A DNA stretch of 64,000 nt, from IMG/VR virus record IMGVR_UViG_3300042363_000251. One strand, given 5' to 3'. The DNA is from an uncultured virus (IMG/VR IMGVR_UViG_3300042363_000251) (lineage: Duplodnaviria > Heunggongvirae > Uroviricota > Caudoviricetes). Made by a program: the position numbers and the translations under genes. Below are positions 1-10,290 of the stretch, piece after piece (within the stretch, counting starts at the first letter, position 1; each line of letters begins with the position of its first letter). The notes below the pieces were generated by a model. The model had not been told where the DNA came from, did no database searches, and saw only the letters and a list, made by a program, of their open reading frames with translations.

Positions 1-827
1 GTACTGTCAAATGTAAAACCAGAATTAGCACCAAAATTACCATTGTCATTAAACTGTATTTGTGTATTAGAACCACCAGGTGTACCGTTGCCCCCGCCGG
101 CTACTGCCGCAAATACTCCGTTACCGTACAACACATTAGCATTGCTACCGTTTAGATTTATACTTGCAATGTTTCCCAAAGTACCGATATTGCCGCCAGT
201 TAATTCAATACTATCCATAACAATACTGTTGCCGTTAGCAGTGATTGTAGCATTACCTAGATATAGTGTATTTCCTGTTAGATATAAATCTCTCCACCTA
301 TGTGTAGTATTACCTAGGTCAGATGCGTCATCAGTTGCAGGTATTAAATCTGTTAATGCTAGTAAATTAGCAGTAGGCCCGGTGGCGCCTGTTACTCCAG
401 TAGCACCTGCGGCGCCTGTTACTCCGGTCGCACCTGTTACTCCGGTCGCACCTGCCCCGGGAGATGCCCAAGATAATGCTCCGCTGCCGTTAGTAGATAA
501 AACATAACCTGCTGTTCCGCCGGTGATAGTAACATTACTAACAGGTCCTAAATTTGATAATCCACTTACTGTAAGATTTGCTAGTGTTCCTACTGATGTA
601 ATAGCAGGTTGCGCAGCATTACTTACTGTCTGTGCATTGATAGCTTGGGCAGCAGCAGCAAAATAAGAGCCGCCTGCTCCACTCAAAATCAAGTTACCTA
701 GTATTTGTAAGTTTGCTTTTTCTGTTGTAGGTGTACCTGTCATGTTTACTACTGGTACTAATGTAGTATAAGCTATTGAGTTTCCTATATTGTTAAGTGC
801 TGTTATTTTAATACTTGATATGCTCAT
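1..827 (-). CDS. Tail fibre-like structural protein with collagen-like repeats (runs off the left edge; missing from ORF track)
   Basis: Hand translation from ATG at 827: MSISSIKITALNNIG...GAGATGVTGATGVTGAAGATGVTGATGP...DLGNTTHRWRDLYL...PGGSNTQIQFNDNGNFG, open to the window edge; G-X-Y repeats. Confidence 0.75.
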   Translation of the reverse strand, partial: MSISSIKITALNNIGNSIAYTTLVPVVNMTGTPTTEKANLQILGNLILSGAGGSYFAAAAQAINAQTVSNAAQPAITSVGTLANLTVSGLSNLGPVSNVTITGGTAGYVLSTNGSGALSWASPGAGATGVTGATGVTGAAGATGVTGATGPTANLLALTDLIPATDDASDLGNTTHRWRDLYLTGNTLYLGNATITANGNSIVMDSIELTGGNIGTLGNIASINLNGSNANVLYGNGVFAAVAGGGNGTPGGSNTQIQFNDNGNFGANSGFTFDS

Positions 828-842
828 TTTATTTTCCTGTTT

Positions 843-2330
843 TTATCCTATACGCCAGTTAGTGCTATCACTATATACCGGAACATTGTTAGCCCCGCCT
901 CCGGAAACCATGGCTCCGAAATTTCCTGCTGCTACTAAATTACCATCTGTAATAAATGCTCTACTACCTGCTCCTGCAGTAGATGCTGAAGGCAAAGCAG
1001 AGTACAATGCTGCGGTAGATTTTACCACCATTCCAACTGTAACGTTTGCATTTATACTTACAGCATTGGCGGTGTTAGCAATTAATTCAACACCATTATT
1101 AAAACGAATATCTGCTTGTTTAAATGGAACATCCAGTCCAACTAGTCCTAGATTGATCCATTGTAAGTCAAGACCATAATCAAATCCTGAACCACCTGTG
1201 CTATTTTTCATGCTTACGCCATAAGCAGCAGTAGCAGTTGTTAAACCACCGTCACCATCTAAATAAGCAACAACCGCAGCGTCCGCAGTAGTTGTTTGAT
1301 CGCCCACAACACCAAGCACCCCGGCTTTTATAAAATTACTTGCGTTTGTTCCAGTAATTAAGTATTGTCCAGTAACACCGGTTAAATAGTTGCTATTACC
1401 AGTTAAGTTAGAACCCGTAATACGACCACGTAAACCCTGTGCGCTTGCTGGACTATTAGGATCACTGCTTCCAAAAGCAGAACTAACAGTAAGGATTGAA
1501 CTAGCACCTACAGTAGCACCTGCACCTACTGCATTAGCAGTTCTCGTGATAGATACACTATTAGCAGCAATGTTGCTAGTTACTATATTACCAGAGAAAG
1601 TAACATTGTTTGGTAAGTTAACAGAAATAGTTCCCGCTGAAGTTACCGGGCTGCTGGCAACTACTAATTGAGAACTTGATATACCTACTGAAGTAACTGC
1701 ACCTGAACTTGCAGCCGATACAGTAATATTGCCAGTACTACCGCTTAATGTTATTCCGGATCCGGCTGATAATCTTGTAACACCCGTATTCGTAACTGTA
1801 ATGTTACCATTAGAAGTAATAGGGCCGCCGCTTATTTGAATTCCTGCTCCTGGTATGAAGCCTACGCTAGTAACAGTACCTGCAATAACATTAGTAGACG
1901 CACTTGTTATTCTTCCTGTTGCATCTACTGTTATTGTGGGATTAGTATATTGAGCAGCAGCTACTCCTGAACTTGCTAAGTTTAAAGTAACATTTCCAAA
2001 GTATCCGGTGCCTGTTAAACCAGTACCGGCGATTACTCCAGTGATCGTACCATTACCACCCCCATTGCCACCTAACGAGTCAATTATGATTGCTCCGTTA
2101 GAGTTAGTAAGTATAATGTTATTACCTGCTACTAAGTTAGCAGATACAGTAATAGCGTTAGCTACGTTGCTTATTGCTATACCGTTACCTGCTAAAGGCG
2201 TAGGGCTAGCGTTAGCAAATAAATTAGTAAAATTGTCTTTAGTTTTATTGAAGGCAGCGTATAGTGAATCACTGCCTGTAGATTCATTAGGGAGCCCTAT
2301 ATTGATTTGTTGTAAACCTTGTATAGCCAT
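843..2330 (-). CDS. Gly/Ser/Thr/Asn-rich tail fibre/baseplate-associated protein
   Basis: N-terminal INIGLPNESTGSDSLYAAFNK and ITVDATGRITSAS motifs typical of phage fibres; TAAATA upstream. Confidence 0.7.
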   Translation of the reverse strand: MAIQGLQQINIGLPNESTGSDSLYAAFNKTKDNFTNLFANASPTPLAGNGIAISNVANAITVSANLVAGNNIILTNSNGAIIIDSLGGNGGGNGTITGVIAGTGLTGTGYFGNVTLNLASSGVAAAQYTNPTITVDATGRITSASTNVIAGTVTSVGFIPGAGIQISGGPITSNGNITVTNTGVTRLSAGSGITLSGSTGNITVSAASSGAVTSVGISSSQLVVASSPVTSAGTISVNLPNNVTFSGNIVTSNIAANSVSITRTANAVGAGATVGASSILTVSSAFGSSDPNSPASAQGLRGRITGSNLTGNSNYLTGVTGQYLITGTNASNFIKAGVLGVVGDQTTTADAAVVAYLDGDGGLTTATAAYGVSMKNSTGGSGFDYGLDLQWINLGLVGLDVPFKQADIRFNNGVELIANTANAVSINANVTVGMVVKSTAALYSALPSASTAGAGSRAFITDGNLVAAGNFGAMVSGGGANNVPVYSDSTNWRIG

Positions 2331-2384
2331 TTATATTAGTCCTGTATGATGTATTTATCATACCTAAATAAAATAGGACACTTG

Positions 2385-3230
2385 TTACATCACAAAGATT
2401 TTACCAACAGAACTAGATAGTACATCATCAAACATGTACTCCATGTCTCTACCTAATATTTCTGCTGCTTCTCTAGCGTCTTCGTTGTTTTTATATTCAG
2501 GTTTCATGTTTAAGTATTGTGAAGGATTGCCCCATACTTTTCTGCCATAACCTAGATTACCAGGTAATGGTTTAAAAGTTACTTTACCGGTGCCTAAGTA
2601 TTGAGCAAATATTTCATATAAGAATTCATACGGTCTTTTTATTTCATTGTTTCTACTACTACGCTGAGTACCGATAGCATTGAACAGAGCATTGTATTCT
2701 GGAGTTAAGTCTGATTTCATAGAACCAGATCCACCGTATGCTCTGCCTTTATTATAGTATTCATACAGCATAGAGTTAACTTGATTAAAGAAATGTTTTT
2801 CTGCTTCTTTCCAAGTACTCCATCCTGTATTTTTACGAACACCCGCTTGAATAGCATGACCAAATCTGTGAGCCATGATCCATGGGGTCATTGGCACTTT
2901 AGCATCACCTGCATTTCCTACGAAAACTACAGTGATAGCATCTTCACTACCTGCGATTATTTTTTGTGCTTGCTCATCGCCAAAGATTTCTTGTAGTTTA
3001 GCAGCATCAGCCGGGCCATACTCAGAGTACTTACCAGTACCCGATATGTTGCTAAAGAACAGTCTAAAGTCGTAGGGAGTCTTTTCTAAGAATCTTTGTG
3101 TCTTTAAGATATTTGTAGGATGAGGCACTAGTTTCTTATCAGGTCCTTTGAATGGCCCCGGTTTATTAAAGTCGCCCATGGTGTCATAGCTTTGTAATGG
3201 TGCTTCCGTAATAAAATCTGTTGCTCTCAC
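2385..3230 (-). CDS. Hypothetical putative head-internal protein
   Basis: 281-aa ORF, N-terminus MRATDFITEA; HRFGH motif. Confidence 0.6.
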   Translation of the reverse strand: MRATDFITEAPLQSYDTMGDFNKPGPFKGPDKKLVPHPTNILKTQRFLEKTPYDFRLFFSNISGTGKYSEYGPADAAKLQEIFGDEQAQKIIAGSEDAITVVFVGNAGDAKVPMTPWIMAHRFGHAIQAGVRKNTGWSTWKEAEKHFFNQVNSMLYEYYNKGRAYGGSGSMKSDLTPEYNALFNAIGTQRSSRNNEIKRPYEFLYEIFAQYLGTGKVTFKPLPGNLGYGRKVWGNPSQYLNMKPEYKNNEDAREAAEILGRDMEYMFDDVLSSSVGKIFVM

Positions 3231-3628
3231 TTTGGATATCCTTTAAATCCTTTTACTGGAGATCCTTTATTTGTGTCTAACATTTCGTCACTACCTTGTG
3301 AACTTACTGTTTTTATTCCCTTCTTATTAACTTTTTTCAATGCTTGTTGAATTACTTGTTTAACATCGGGATCAAAGCTACTTATTATTAAATTAGGTCC
3401 CCACTTACTTTGAGCGCGAAACTCTGGAGTTTTATGCGCATGTACATTATCATTCCCGCTTTCACCTCGCACTGCTGCTACCGCAAGACCAAAACGATAA
3501 ATGTCATAAAAATTACTATTGTTTATTTCTGGCATCATATAAGTATTTGGTAACGATAACGCTGCTACATCTAGCGCATCATGTACATCTGATAACTGTT
3601 GTTCTGTTAAAAACTCTTTAGCTCTCAT
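3227..3628 (-). CDS. Hypothetical putative head-internal protein
   Basis: N-terminus MRAKEFLTEQ; TAAATA at 3672-3677. Confidence 0.6.
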   Translation of the reverse strand: MRAKEFLTEQQLSDVHDALDVAALSLPNTYMMPEINNSNFYDIYRFGLAVAAVRGESGNDNVHAHKTPEFRAQSKWGPNLIISSFDPDVKQVIQQALKKVNKKGIKTVSSQGSDEMLDTNKGSPVKGFKGYPK

Positions 3629-3801
3629 CTTTTCTTTACTCTTCCTCTAAACCCTTGAGGGAAACTGTCAGTATTTACCGGTCTATTAAACCATTCTGGT
3701 GATCCAATCTTATAACTTAGTTGTTCTGTAGTTGATTGTTCTTTAGTTTCTTTTATACCAGCTATTCTTTTCCACTGTGCTAGTTCTTGATCATGTGTCA
3801 T
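3625..3801 (-). CDS. Small hypothetical protein (58 aa, not in ORF track)
   Basis: MTHDQELAQWKRIAGIKE...RVKKR*; ATGA overlaps with both neighbours. Confidence 0.6.
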   Translation of the reverse strand: MTHDQELAQWKRIAGIKETKEQSTTEQLSYKIGSPEWFNRPVNTDSFPQGFRGRVKKR

Positions 3802-4352
3802 AAACTCTTACCCCACCTGGTAGATATCACATTCCAGTTGATAATCTTCCACTGTTCGTTTAAGTACTTTTCTTTGTCAGTTCCATAGTCCAACAAAAAT
3901 GCATGTTCCCACCAGTCAATGAGTAACAATATATCATCTCTGACTTCATGATTCTTGATTGTTTTAATCTTGCCGTCGTAGGCCAAGTAAGCCCAACCTG
4001 ATCCCTGTATAGTCATAGCTTCTTTCAAAAACTCATCTTTAAAGTTTTCATAACTTTTAAAGTGTTTGTTTATAAAACTTAACACAGGACCATTAGGTTT
4101 ATTGTTGTTTCTTACTTCACGATACTGAGTGAATAACGTGTTATGTAAAAATGCTCCTGCGAAATTAAACTCAGGATCTCCTTCACCAGCATTATATCGC
4201 GTAGCATAAGCGTGGGCAAGTTTGCCATAGTGTAGTTCTATGGTATCTTTACTCATAACGGGACTAACTTCACTATCAGTAAAGTTGCGTTTGATTATCT
4301 CAATGTCTTGAGGTTTTGACTTTTGTTCTAATAAATTTATAATATCGCGCAT
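3798..4352 (-). CDS. sod: Fe/Mn superoxide dismutase
   Basis: LHYGK, FLHN, GSGW and DWWEHAF metal-ligand motifs. Confidence 0.9.
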   Translation of the reverse strand: MRDIINLLEQKSKPQDIEIIKRNFTDSEVSPVMSKDTIELHYGKLAHAYATRYNAGEGDPEFNFAGAFLHNTLFTQYREVRNNNKPNGPVLSFINKHFKSYENFKDEFLKEAMTIQGSGWAYLAYDGKIKTIKNHEVRDDILLLIDWWEHAFLLDYGTDKEKYLNEQWKIINWNVISTRWGKSL

Positions 4353-4384
4353 AATCTAGTATTTATGATTGTGCGAGAATTAAG

Positions 4385-4603
4385 TTACTTTCGTCTAGTG
4401 ATTCTTCCACGATTCAAATCATAGGGTGAGCATTCTATTTCAACTTTGTCACCCATCAAAATTCTTATTTGATTCTGACGCATCTTGCCAGATATGTGTG
4501 CGAGAATAGTATGTCCTATTTCAGTCTTGACTTTAAACATAGCATTTGGCATAACATCTACTATGTCTCCTTCTAGCTTTACTGTATTGTCTTCTTTGGC
4601 CAT
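4385..4603 (-). CDS. infA: Translation initiation factor IF-1
   Basis: MPNAMFKV...[20 protein letters not shown]...[10 protein letters not shown]. Confidence 0.95.
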   Translation of the reverse strand: MAKEDNTVKLEGDIVDVMPNAMFKVKTEIGHTILAHISGKMRQNQIRILMGDKVEIECSPYDLNRGRITRRK

Positions 4604-4623
4604 ATAAGTGGTTTTTATTGCTC

Positions 4624-5034
4624 CTATTTTTTAATTGTGTTCCAAATCTTTTCTTTCTCTAAGATATCTTTTTCAAGTTCTCTATACTGTTCGCCTAGTG
4701 CTTTTAACTGTTCCCAACGTTCTTCTAAGTCTTTATTAGGGTGTAAAATAGCTAATCGTTTTTCAATATTATCTATTGCGTCTGCTAAACTTTTACCTTT
4801 TATTTTTAGATCACCCTCAATTTCAGCATCACCTTTAACATGTAATGGATTATTACTTGTAATAGTAGTATCCCAACTTGTGTTAATACCATTCCACATT
4901 AGTGTTTGCCCTGCCGCACTTAGTGTTTGCCCTGCCGTACCGGTGTTGATAGTATAAGGAGACAGCGTGGTACCTGTAGTGTAAATTCCCTGAGCACTGA
5001 TAGATTCAAGTGATGTAATAGTTTGTTGACTCAT
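4624..5034 (-). CDS. Hypothetical phage protein (Thr-rich N-terminus, coiled-coil C-terminus)
   Basis: 136-aa ORF, coupled with neighbours. Confidence 0.6.
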   Translation of the reverse strand: MSQQTITSLESISAQGIYTTGTTLSPYTINTGTAGQTLSAAGQTLMWNGINTSWDTTITSNNPLHVKGDAEIEGDLKIKGKSLADAIDNIEKRLAILHPNKDLEERWEQLKALGEQYRELEKDILEKEKIWNTIKK

Positions 5035-5222
5035 TTATATACCTTTTTAATAAAAATGCGGCCATCTTCTCCTACGCCTATGTCTAGTTCATCACCCTCT
5101 TTCCATCCCATTTGTTTTAGTAAATGAGGCGGAATAGGAAGAATTAAATCTCCTGAGCCGTCGTCGGCTTCGTGAGTAATAGTTTCATAACGTAAATTGT
5201 CTTTACCGGGTTGATTGGCCAT
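5031..5222 (-). CDS. AbrB/MazE-like DNA-binding protein
   Basis: GDLILPIP..LLKQMGWKEGDEL. Confidence 0.65.
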   Translation of the reverse strand: MANQPGKDNLRYETITHEADDGSGDLILPIPPHLLKQMGWKEGDELDIGVGEDGRIFIKKVYK

Positions 5223-5272
5223 GTTGTTATTATATTTACTTTAGAATGATAAGTCAATAATAAAAGGTAACA

Positions 5273-5752
5273 TCACCAAGCCCTGCAACTCCAATAACGT
5301 GCTTTCCAGCGAGGCCCGGGATTATCACAGTTATGTCTAGCTCTGAATGATTTTCTACGAGCAGGATTAGACTTTTTTATACGCATGTTTTTATCGCCAA
5401 AGTTTACTTTAACTACTTTGCCGTTTGGCTTACGGACATAGACCTTCGATTTGGCTACATCTCCAGCCATTGGCTTGCCAAGAGGAACTTTTCTGCCTTG
5501 ATATTCTGCTTCATCTAAATCTTCAGACTCTAACAACACACCATTAAAGTCTAAAAACTCAAGCATAGATTCATCAGCTTCAACGATAATACCATCTTCA
5601 GTAAACCCGACTACGCCAGTTTCAATCACAAAGCTTTCTGAAAGCTCAATATCAAAACTGTCGTATAAGCTTATTTTAGTATCATCCTCGACACTTAGCT
5701 CGTTTATCTTTTTAAAGATATCTCTTATTACATCATTGCCATCATTGCTCAT
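5273..5752 (-). CDS. Protein with acidic N-half and basic Cys-containing C-half (putative internal protein)
   Basis: Acidic region ends LLESEDLDE|AEY, then K/R-rich domain ending RARHNC...YWSCRAW. Confidence 0.6.
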   Translation of the reverse strand: MSNDGNDVIRDIFKKINELSVEDDTKISLYDSFDIELSESFVIETGVVGFTEDGIIVEADESMLEFLDFNGVLLESEDLDEAEYQGRKVPLGKPMAGDVAKSKVYVRKPNGKVVKVNFGDKNMRIKKSNPARRKSFRARHNCDNPGPRWKARYWSCRAW

Positions 5753-6323
5753 TGTTGTTATCCTTGTTGAAAAAGATTTTTTCTAATCTTTTTATAGTTC
5801 TTTCCGCAGCATCAGGTGTTTCATATTCATCTTCATGCTTAATACCAATACCGCCAGCTTGTTGCCATGCATTAATCTTTTTACCATAATCATCAATCAA
5901 GATGTTTGGTCTGCCGCCGTCTAGTGCGTGTTCGTGCTTGTCATGTTTAAAGATAGCACCTTTAACAGCGTTTGGCGTATACTTTTGTAACCATGCTTGC
6001 TTACCCATTATACTAGATTTTGCGTATGGGCCTCTTAGAGGCGCACTTAAAATAGTATAAGAAATGTTATTACTATTTAGCCAATCTGTGATTTTTTTAC
6101 CACCTGGTAATTGTTTAAGCTCAGCAAAGAATTCGTAAACTGCTTTAGGAGAACTATGTGCTAAACGCTCAATTTCATCTTCAGTTTTTTGTTTAGCTTC
6201 TTTATGTGACACTCCAATAGCATCTTGTATTCCACCAGCAAAATCCACCTGTACACCATCCATGTCAAGAAATACATGCGGCATCTTTTGTGTAGTATTT
6301 TCAAACAATTCTTTAATTTTCAT
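5742..6323 (-). CDS. HAD-family 5'(3')-deoxyribonucleotidase-like protein
   Basis: FLDMDGV, ILSAP, GK..W, ILIDDY motifs. Confidence 0.85.
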   Translation of the reverse strand: MKIKELFENTTQKMPHVFLDMDGVQVDFAGGIQDAIGVSHKEAKQKTEDEIERLAHSSPKAVYEFFAELKQLPGGKKITDWLNSNNISYTILSAPLRGPYAKSSIMGKQAWLQKYTPNAVKGAIFKHDKHEHALDGGRPNILIDDYGKKINAWQQAGGIGIKHEDEYETPDAAERTIKRLEKIFFNKDNNNEQ

Positions 6324-6331
6324 ATTATTAT

Positions 6332-6568
6332 TTATTCGTGAACAAGGATAAAGGCAAGATAGTCTTTTTCAGATTCAAAAGAAAAGACATAATCTAAGTT
6401 GTATTTGTTAGTTTTATCAAGAATGGCTTTTGTCCAATTATAGCTACTAAGACTTGTATCATCATGATAGGACCATTTTTCTTTGCAATTGCGGTAACAC
6501 CAGTCTAAGACTGATTGAAGTTTTCCAAAAGGAATAGATAGTTTAGATTTATAAGTCAGGTTCAGCGT
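6332..6568 (-). CDS. Probable small protein without a canonical start codon
   Basis: Open 78-codon frame (T)LNLTYKSKLSIPFGKLQSVLDWC...FSFESEKDYLAFILVHE* filling the gap between genes. Confidence 0.4.
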   Translation of the reverse strand, partial: TLNLTYKSKLSIPFGKLQSVLDWCYRNCKEKWSYHDDTSLSSYNWTKAILDKTNKYNLDYVFSFESEKDYLAFILVHE

Positions 6569-7073
6569 ACTTATGGACCTTAACTCCAGTTTTCTTTAAG
6601 AATTCAATACCGTCATTTGAACGATAATCGTGCTTGTAGTATACATCACTGATACCGGTATTGTAAATGCTTTTAGCACACTCTAAGCAAGGCGAGTGGG
6701 TAACGAACAGTGTAGCACCCAGTGTGCTTTCGTTGCTTGCTGCAACCTTGTCAAGGGCGTTTCTTTCGGCATGCATTGTCTCTGGTTTGGATTTAAGCTT
6801 ATATCTCATTTCTCTGCCCGCATCAGGTCTGTATTCCTTGAATGGCCATTCTTCTTCAATATCTTCTGCGTCCAACCACATACCAGCATCAGATTCTAAC
6901 CATTGTTTTTCCTCACATACATTTTCCCAACCAGAAGGCATACCGTTAAAACCCGATGCTAGTATCTGATTACCCTTAACGATAACTGCACCAACATTCA
7001 AACGAACAGCATAGCTAAGCTTAGCAGTAAGTTCAGCTATTTCCATATAATACTTTACAAACTTTGGTTTCAT
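6549..7073 (-). CDS. dCMP deaminase
   Basis: GFNGMPSG, HAERNA, SPCLECAK zinc motifs; start MKPKF. Confidence 0.9.
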   Translation of the reverse strand: MKPKFVKYYMEIAELTAKLSYAVRLNVGAVIVKGNQILASGFNGMPSGWENVCEEKQWLESDAGMWLDAEDIEEEWPFKEYRPDAGREMRYKLKSKPETMHAERNALDKVAASNESTLGATLFVTHSPCLECAKSIYNTGISDVYYKHDYRSNDGIEFLKKTGVKVHKYAEPDL

Positions 7074-7081
7074 AGTATTAT

Positions 7082-7465
7082 TTAAGACTTTAACTCTTCC
7101 CACATTTTTTTCTTGTCAAGGTTAACTTTTCTTGTTCTTTGTATAAAGTAACAAATTACTGCTAATGGTATTACTACTGGCCAACCAACTGCTACTATAA
7201 ACGGTATGAGAAAAATACTCATTGCTGTCATCAGACAATTAACAGGATGTTTGAAGTAAAAGGGATTTATATAAAATCTTATATCTGATAGGTTTGTTAT
7301 AGTTAAGGTAGGAATGCTAGTAAATTTAGGAATGTCATCACCCTTAGCATACCTATATACAAAGTAAATTAATGACAACACAACATAAATCACAGCAAGT
7401 GATCCGCTTGTTATTATTGCTAAATCACCAAAAGACTTATAAATTTCTAACAAGGGCATATTCAT
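7082..7465 (-). CDS. Hypothetical membrane protein
   Basis: Two hydrophobic segments. Confidence 0.55.
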   Translation of the reverse strand: MNMPLLEIYKSFGDLAIITSGSLAVIYVVLSLIYFVYRYAKGDDIPKFTSIPTLTITNLSDIRFYINPFYFKHPVNCLMTAMSIFLIPFIVAVGWPVVIPLAVICYFIQRTRKVNLDKKKMWEELKS

Positions 7466-7809
7466 TACTCCTTAGGATTAATTTCAAATTCAATTTCATC
7501 TAAAACATCACCAGTAACAAACCAAATTTCTTTGTTATTGTGAGTTACTTTTGCTAGTTCTATTTTTCTTACTTCTAGCAATTTTTCAGCAAGCTCTTCT
7601 ATTGTTGCGGCTTGACATTGAAAATTGTTTGTTTTCTTGTCATACAAGTAAACAGTATTACCGTCAATTTCAGTAAACATAGTTGGTATGCTATCGCGTA
7701 CTTTTTTCTCAATTAGTTTATCTAGTTTCTTTAACTGGTAGTTAGCAAAAATATTAAGTAAGCATAACACTACTGAAAAGATTATTATAAATGGTATTAA
7801 CAGTTCCAT
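7465..7809 (-). CDS. Hypothetical protein with N-terminal TM helix
   Basis: MELLIPFIIIFSVVLCLL. Confidence 0.55.
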   Translation of the reverse strand: MELLIPFIIIFSVVLCLLNIFANYQLKKLDKLIEKKVRDSIPTMFTEIDGNTVYLYDKKTNNFQCQAATIEELAEKLLEVRKIELAKVTHNNKEIWFVTGDVLDEIEFEINPKE

Positions 7810-7811
7810 AA

Positions 7812-8255
7812 TTAGTCTACTAGATACTCAGTGTGAATAATCCAATTGTCGTTTACTAAAAAGCCCCAATCTCTTTTTCTTCTTTTAGGGATAAAAAGAG
7901 TTACAGCTGGTTGATTGTTATCTAATTCAAGCCAATGAAATTCATGTGCGCCGCGACTAATAATACTACCAAAACCACGCCAAACTACTTGATCTGCTAT
8001 TACTTTACCTTGACAGAATTGGGGAGTGTGTTCCCAATAACCGCCTCTTAAAACGATTGTAGTGTAGTCCCATGGGTGGTCATGATAAACCGGGTCGTCA
8101 CTTCTTACAATCTTATGCAAAAGTAAATTAAATGGAAACGATACCCGATCTTTGAACAAAAGATAATATCGGTGCATGTATTGTTCATGCGATTGACGAT
8201 CAAGAATAAGACGGTATCTACCTAGTTTGGTCATCAATTTATGAAAGATGTTCAT
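7812..8255 (-). CDS. Cupin-fold protein
   Basis: HDHPW...LRGGYWEH...FHWLEL; start moved to 8255 because the upstream ORF part is a terminator. Confidence 0.65.
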   Translation of the reverse strand: MNIFHKLMTKLGRYRLILDRQSHEQYMHRYYLLFKDRVSFPFNLLLHKIVRSDDPVYHDHPWDYTTIVLRGGYWEHTPQFCQGKVIADQVVWRGFGSIISRGAHEFHWLELDNNQPAVTLFIPKRRKRDWGFLVNDNWIIHTEYLVD

Positions 8256-8264
8256 AGTAGCCTT

Positions 8265-8299
8265 AAAAAAGAAAGCGGGTTTTAGAAAGGACCCGCTCA
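8265..8299 (-). terminator. Rho-independent terminator
   Basis: AGCGGGT..ACCCGCT stem followed by TTCTTTTTT on the minus strand. Confidence 0.75.
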
Positions 8300-8319
8300 A
8301 GAACCTTTAGTATCTGCTA

Positions 8320-8589
8320 TTAAACAGTTTCGTTCATTTCAGCCAATGCGCGGTAACCAGCAGCTACCACTGCGCGACTAGGATTGCCAATGCGATACTT
8401 AGTGCTTACACGACCTTTTGTGTCAGTCTTACGGTTAGCATATACTGCGTAGCCGTGACGAAGGCGAAGATCGCTTACAGTAGCGGTTGGGTTTGCGATG
8501 TTAAATCGTGCTGCAATTTGCTTAGCAGTAAGTTCTTCACCGTTTTTAAGCGCCTCTACTAGACGCTGAGTTTTAGTTTCTGTCATCAT
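8320..8589 (-). CDS. Winged helix-turn-helix protein
   Basis: LTAKQIAARFNIANPTATVSDLR. Confidence 0.7.
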   Translation of the reverse strand: MMTETKTQRLVEALKNGEELTAKQIAARFNIANPTATVSDLRLRHGYAVYANRKTDTKGRVSTKYRIGNPSRAVVAAGYRALAEMNETV

Positions 8590-8696
8590 TTTTGATTTCC
8601 TATTTTATTCGCTGCATTTCGTATAAACCTACAGCGTATACATATAATACAATAGTAAGTATATGAAAGCAATAGAAAAGGTTAATTTTGTTTATT

Positions 8697-9533
8697 TTAG
8701 ATGTCCAAATACTTAAACTTGTAGTTTTCAGCAATTGGCTCGTGACCGTGATAACCTCTAGGATTACACACTACGCGAGTATTACCCAACATGTAATCAA
8801 ATGCATGATGTGTGTGACCATGATACCACTGGGTAATGTTGCTATCCATGATAACCTCTTCCAAGTTGGTCCTATATGCGCCGTTCATTAAATGTTGGTC
8901 TTTATAACATTCAGCTACCGAAAGATCACTAGGAGCGTGATGAGTTACTACTACTATTTTTTTGCTAGTATTAGCAACTGTATTTTTTATAAACTCCAAG
9001 CTTTTATTATGACGAACGATAACATCATCTGGATGTAAGCTATGGTATCCATTCTTATCATTTTTAATGATTCTAAAATCACTCATACCCTGCTTGACTT
9101 GGTACTTTGTATGCCAATCATTGTTGTTCATGTCAGTCCAAAGCGTAGCACCAACGAACATAACATCGTCTATTTCTTTAACTTGATCTTCCAAGAAATA
9201 GATATTTGCAAACTGATTACATTCCAGTTTCATAGTCTCAAGTGCTTGATACCACCGACCATGATAAAACTCATGATTACCTGCAATCATGATTACATGC
9301 TTGAATTGGCTACTTGCTCGTTCTAGAAAACCTCTGTACTTGATAGCTTCTTTTTGTCTATCACCCAACTTGTTGCCAAGATCAATAGAGCGTTGAATAG
9401 AGTCGGCGCTATGGTCATAGAGGTACTGGGCGATCATAATGTCACCTGCTAAAATTAATACATCAGCACCTTCGTTGGTAAACTCTAAGTCACCAAACTC
9501 CAAATGTATGTCACTGGCTAGTGCTATTTTCAT
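8697..9533 (-). CDS. Calcineurin-like metallophosphoesterase
   Basis: SDIHLE, AGDI, GNHE, HHAP, HGHTH, NPRGY. Confidence 0.9.
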   Translation of the reverse strand: MKIALASDIHLEFGDLEFTNEGADVLILAGDIMIAQYLYDHSADSIQRSIDLGNKLGDRQKEAIKYRGFLERASSQFKHVIMIAGNHEFYHGRWYQALETMKLECNQFANIYFLEDQVKEIDDVMFVGATLWTDMNNNDWHTKYQVKQGMSDFRIIKNDKNGYHSLHPDDVIVRHNKSLEFIKNTVANTSKKIVVVTHHAPSDLSVAECYKDQHLMNGAYRTNLEEVIMDSNITQWYHGHTHHAFDYMLGNTRVVCNPRGYHGHEPIAENYKFKYLDI

Positions 9534-9534
9534 A

Positions 9535-9947
9535 TTAGTTTCTACGCATATTAGCAATATCTACTGCATCTTGTTTAGCAAACACAGGAACCATGTTAGA
9601 CTTGTGGAGGGTAGCAATACCCAAGAGTTTTTGTTCACCTGAATATGTTTGCGGTTGTTGCTTTGAACAGACAGCCAAACCAGTACCCGTTATACTAGCG
9701 TATGTATTAGCACGGTAAGTTGTCGGGATATTACTCACAAAGGTTTCTGTTTTCTTTTTCTCTTTAGTTACCCTACCAAATACTTGGTCAACATATTCTT
9801 CAAAAGTAATTTTAGCCATGTGCTTGGACTTCAAGAATTTATTATACTCTTTGAAGTCTTGCACTAGCTGAGCCTGTTTAGCCTTTGTGATTTTTTGCTT
9901 GGGCTTGCGTGTACTTAAAGTACATACGCCCTTAATAAGATGCATGG
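9535..9947 (-). CDS. Conserved hypothetical phage protein
   Basis: C-terminal GIATLHKSNMVPVF...IANMRR; start uncertain (MTMHL). Confidence 0.55.
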
Positions 9948-9959
9948 TCATAACAAGTA

Positions 9960-10289
9960 TTATAACACCTCTTTGATATGTTTGCAAGTACCTTTGCCAA
10001 ACTTAAACGCTGGACAAGAGCAGGTACTTTTGTCTGGGTCCACCCAATAACTGTTGCCCTTGCTACCTTTGATTTCAATCAGTGTTGACTTTACTTGTGC
10101 TTTGAAAGGGCTGATCTTTAGTTCTTGAAACTTGCGGCCACGCTGGTCTATTCTCATAGGGCGGTTAAGATAAGTAGGCTCAGTTTTACCCATGGGTATG
10201 TAAGCCATGATCTTGTCACCATCTAACAGATAGATGTGATTGGGCTGGCTTTCCATATCCCAAAGAGTAACTTCTTTAACTGCTATCAT
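9960..10289 (-). CDS. SWIM zinc-finger protein
   Basis: GSKGNSY...CSCPAF...CKH. Confidence 0.75.
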   Translation of the reverse strand: MIAVKEVTLWDMESQPNHIYLLDGDKIMAYIPMGKTEPTYLNRPMRIDQRGRKFQELKISPFKAQVKSTLIEIKGSKGNSYWVDPDKSTCSCPAFKFGKGTCKHIKEVL

Positions 10290-10290
10290 A

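Noticed and set aside
43..2349. Plus-strand ORFs 43-507, 790-1179, 1390-1671, 2008-2349
   Set aside because: Antisense shadows of Gly/Thr/Ala-rich minus-strand fibre genes; no RBS or recognisable motifs
4900..4940. 21-nt tandem duplication (AGQTL twice)
   Set aside because: Simple in-frame duplication in a low-complexity region
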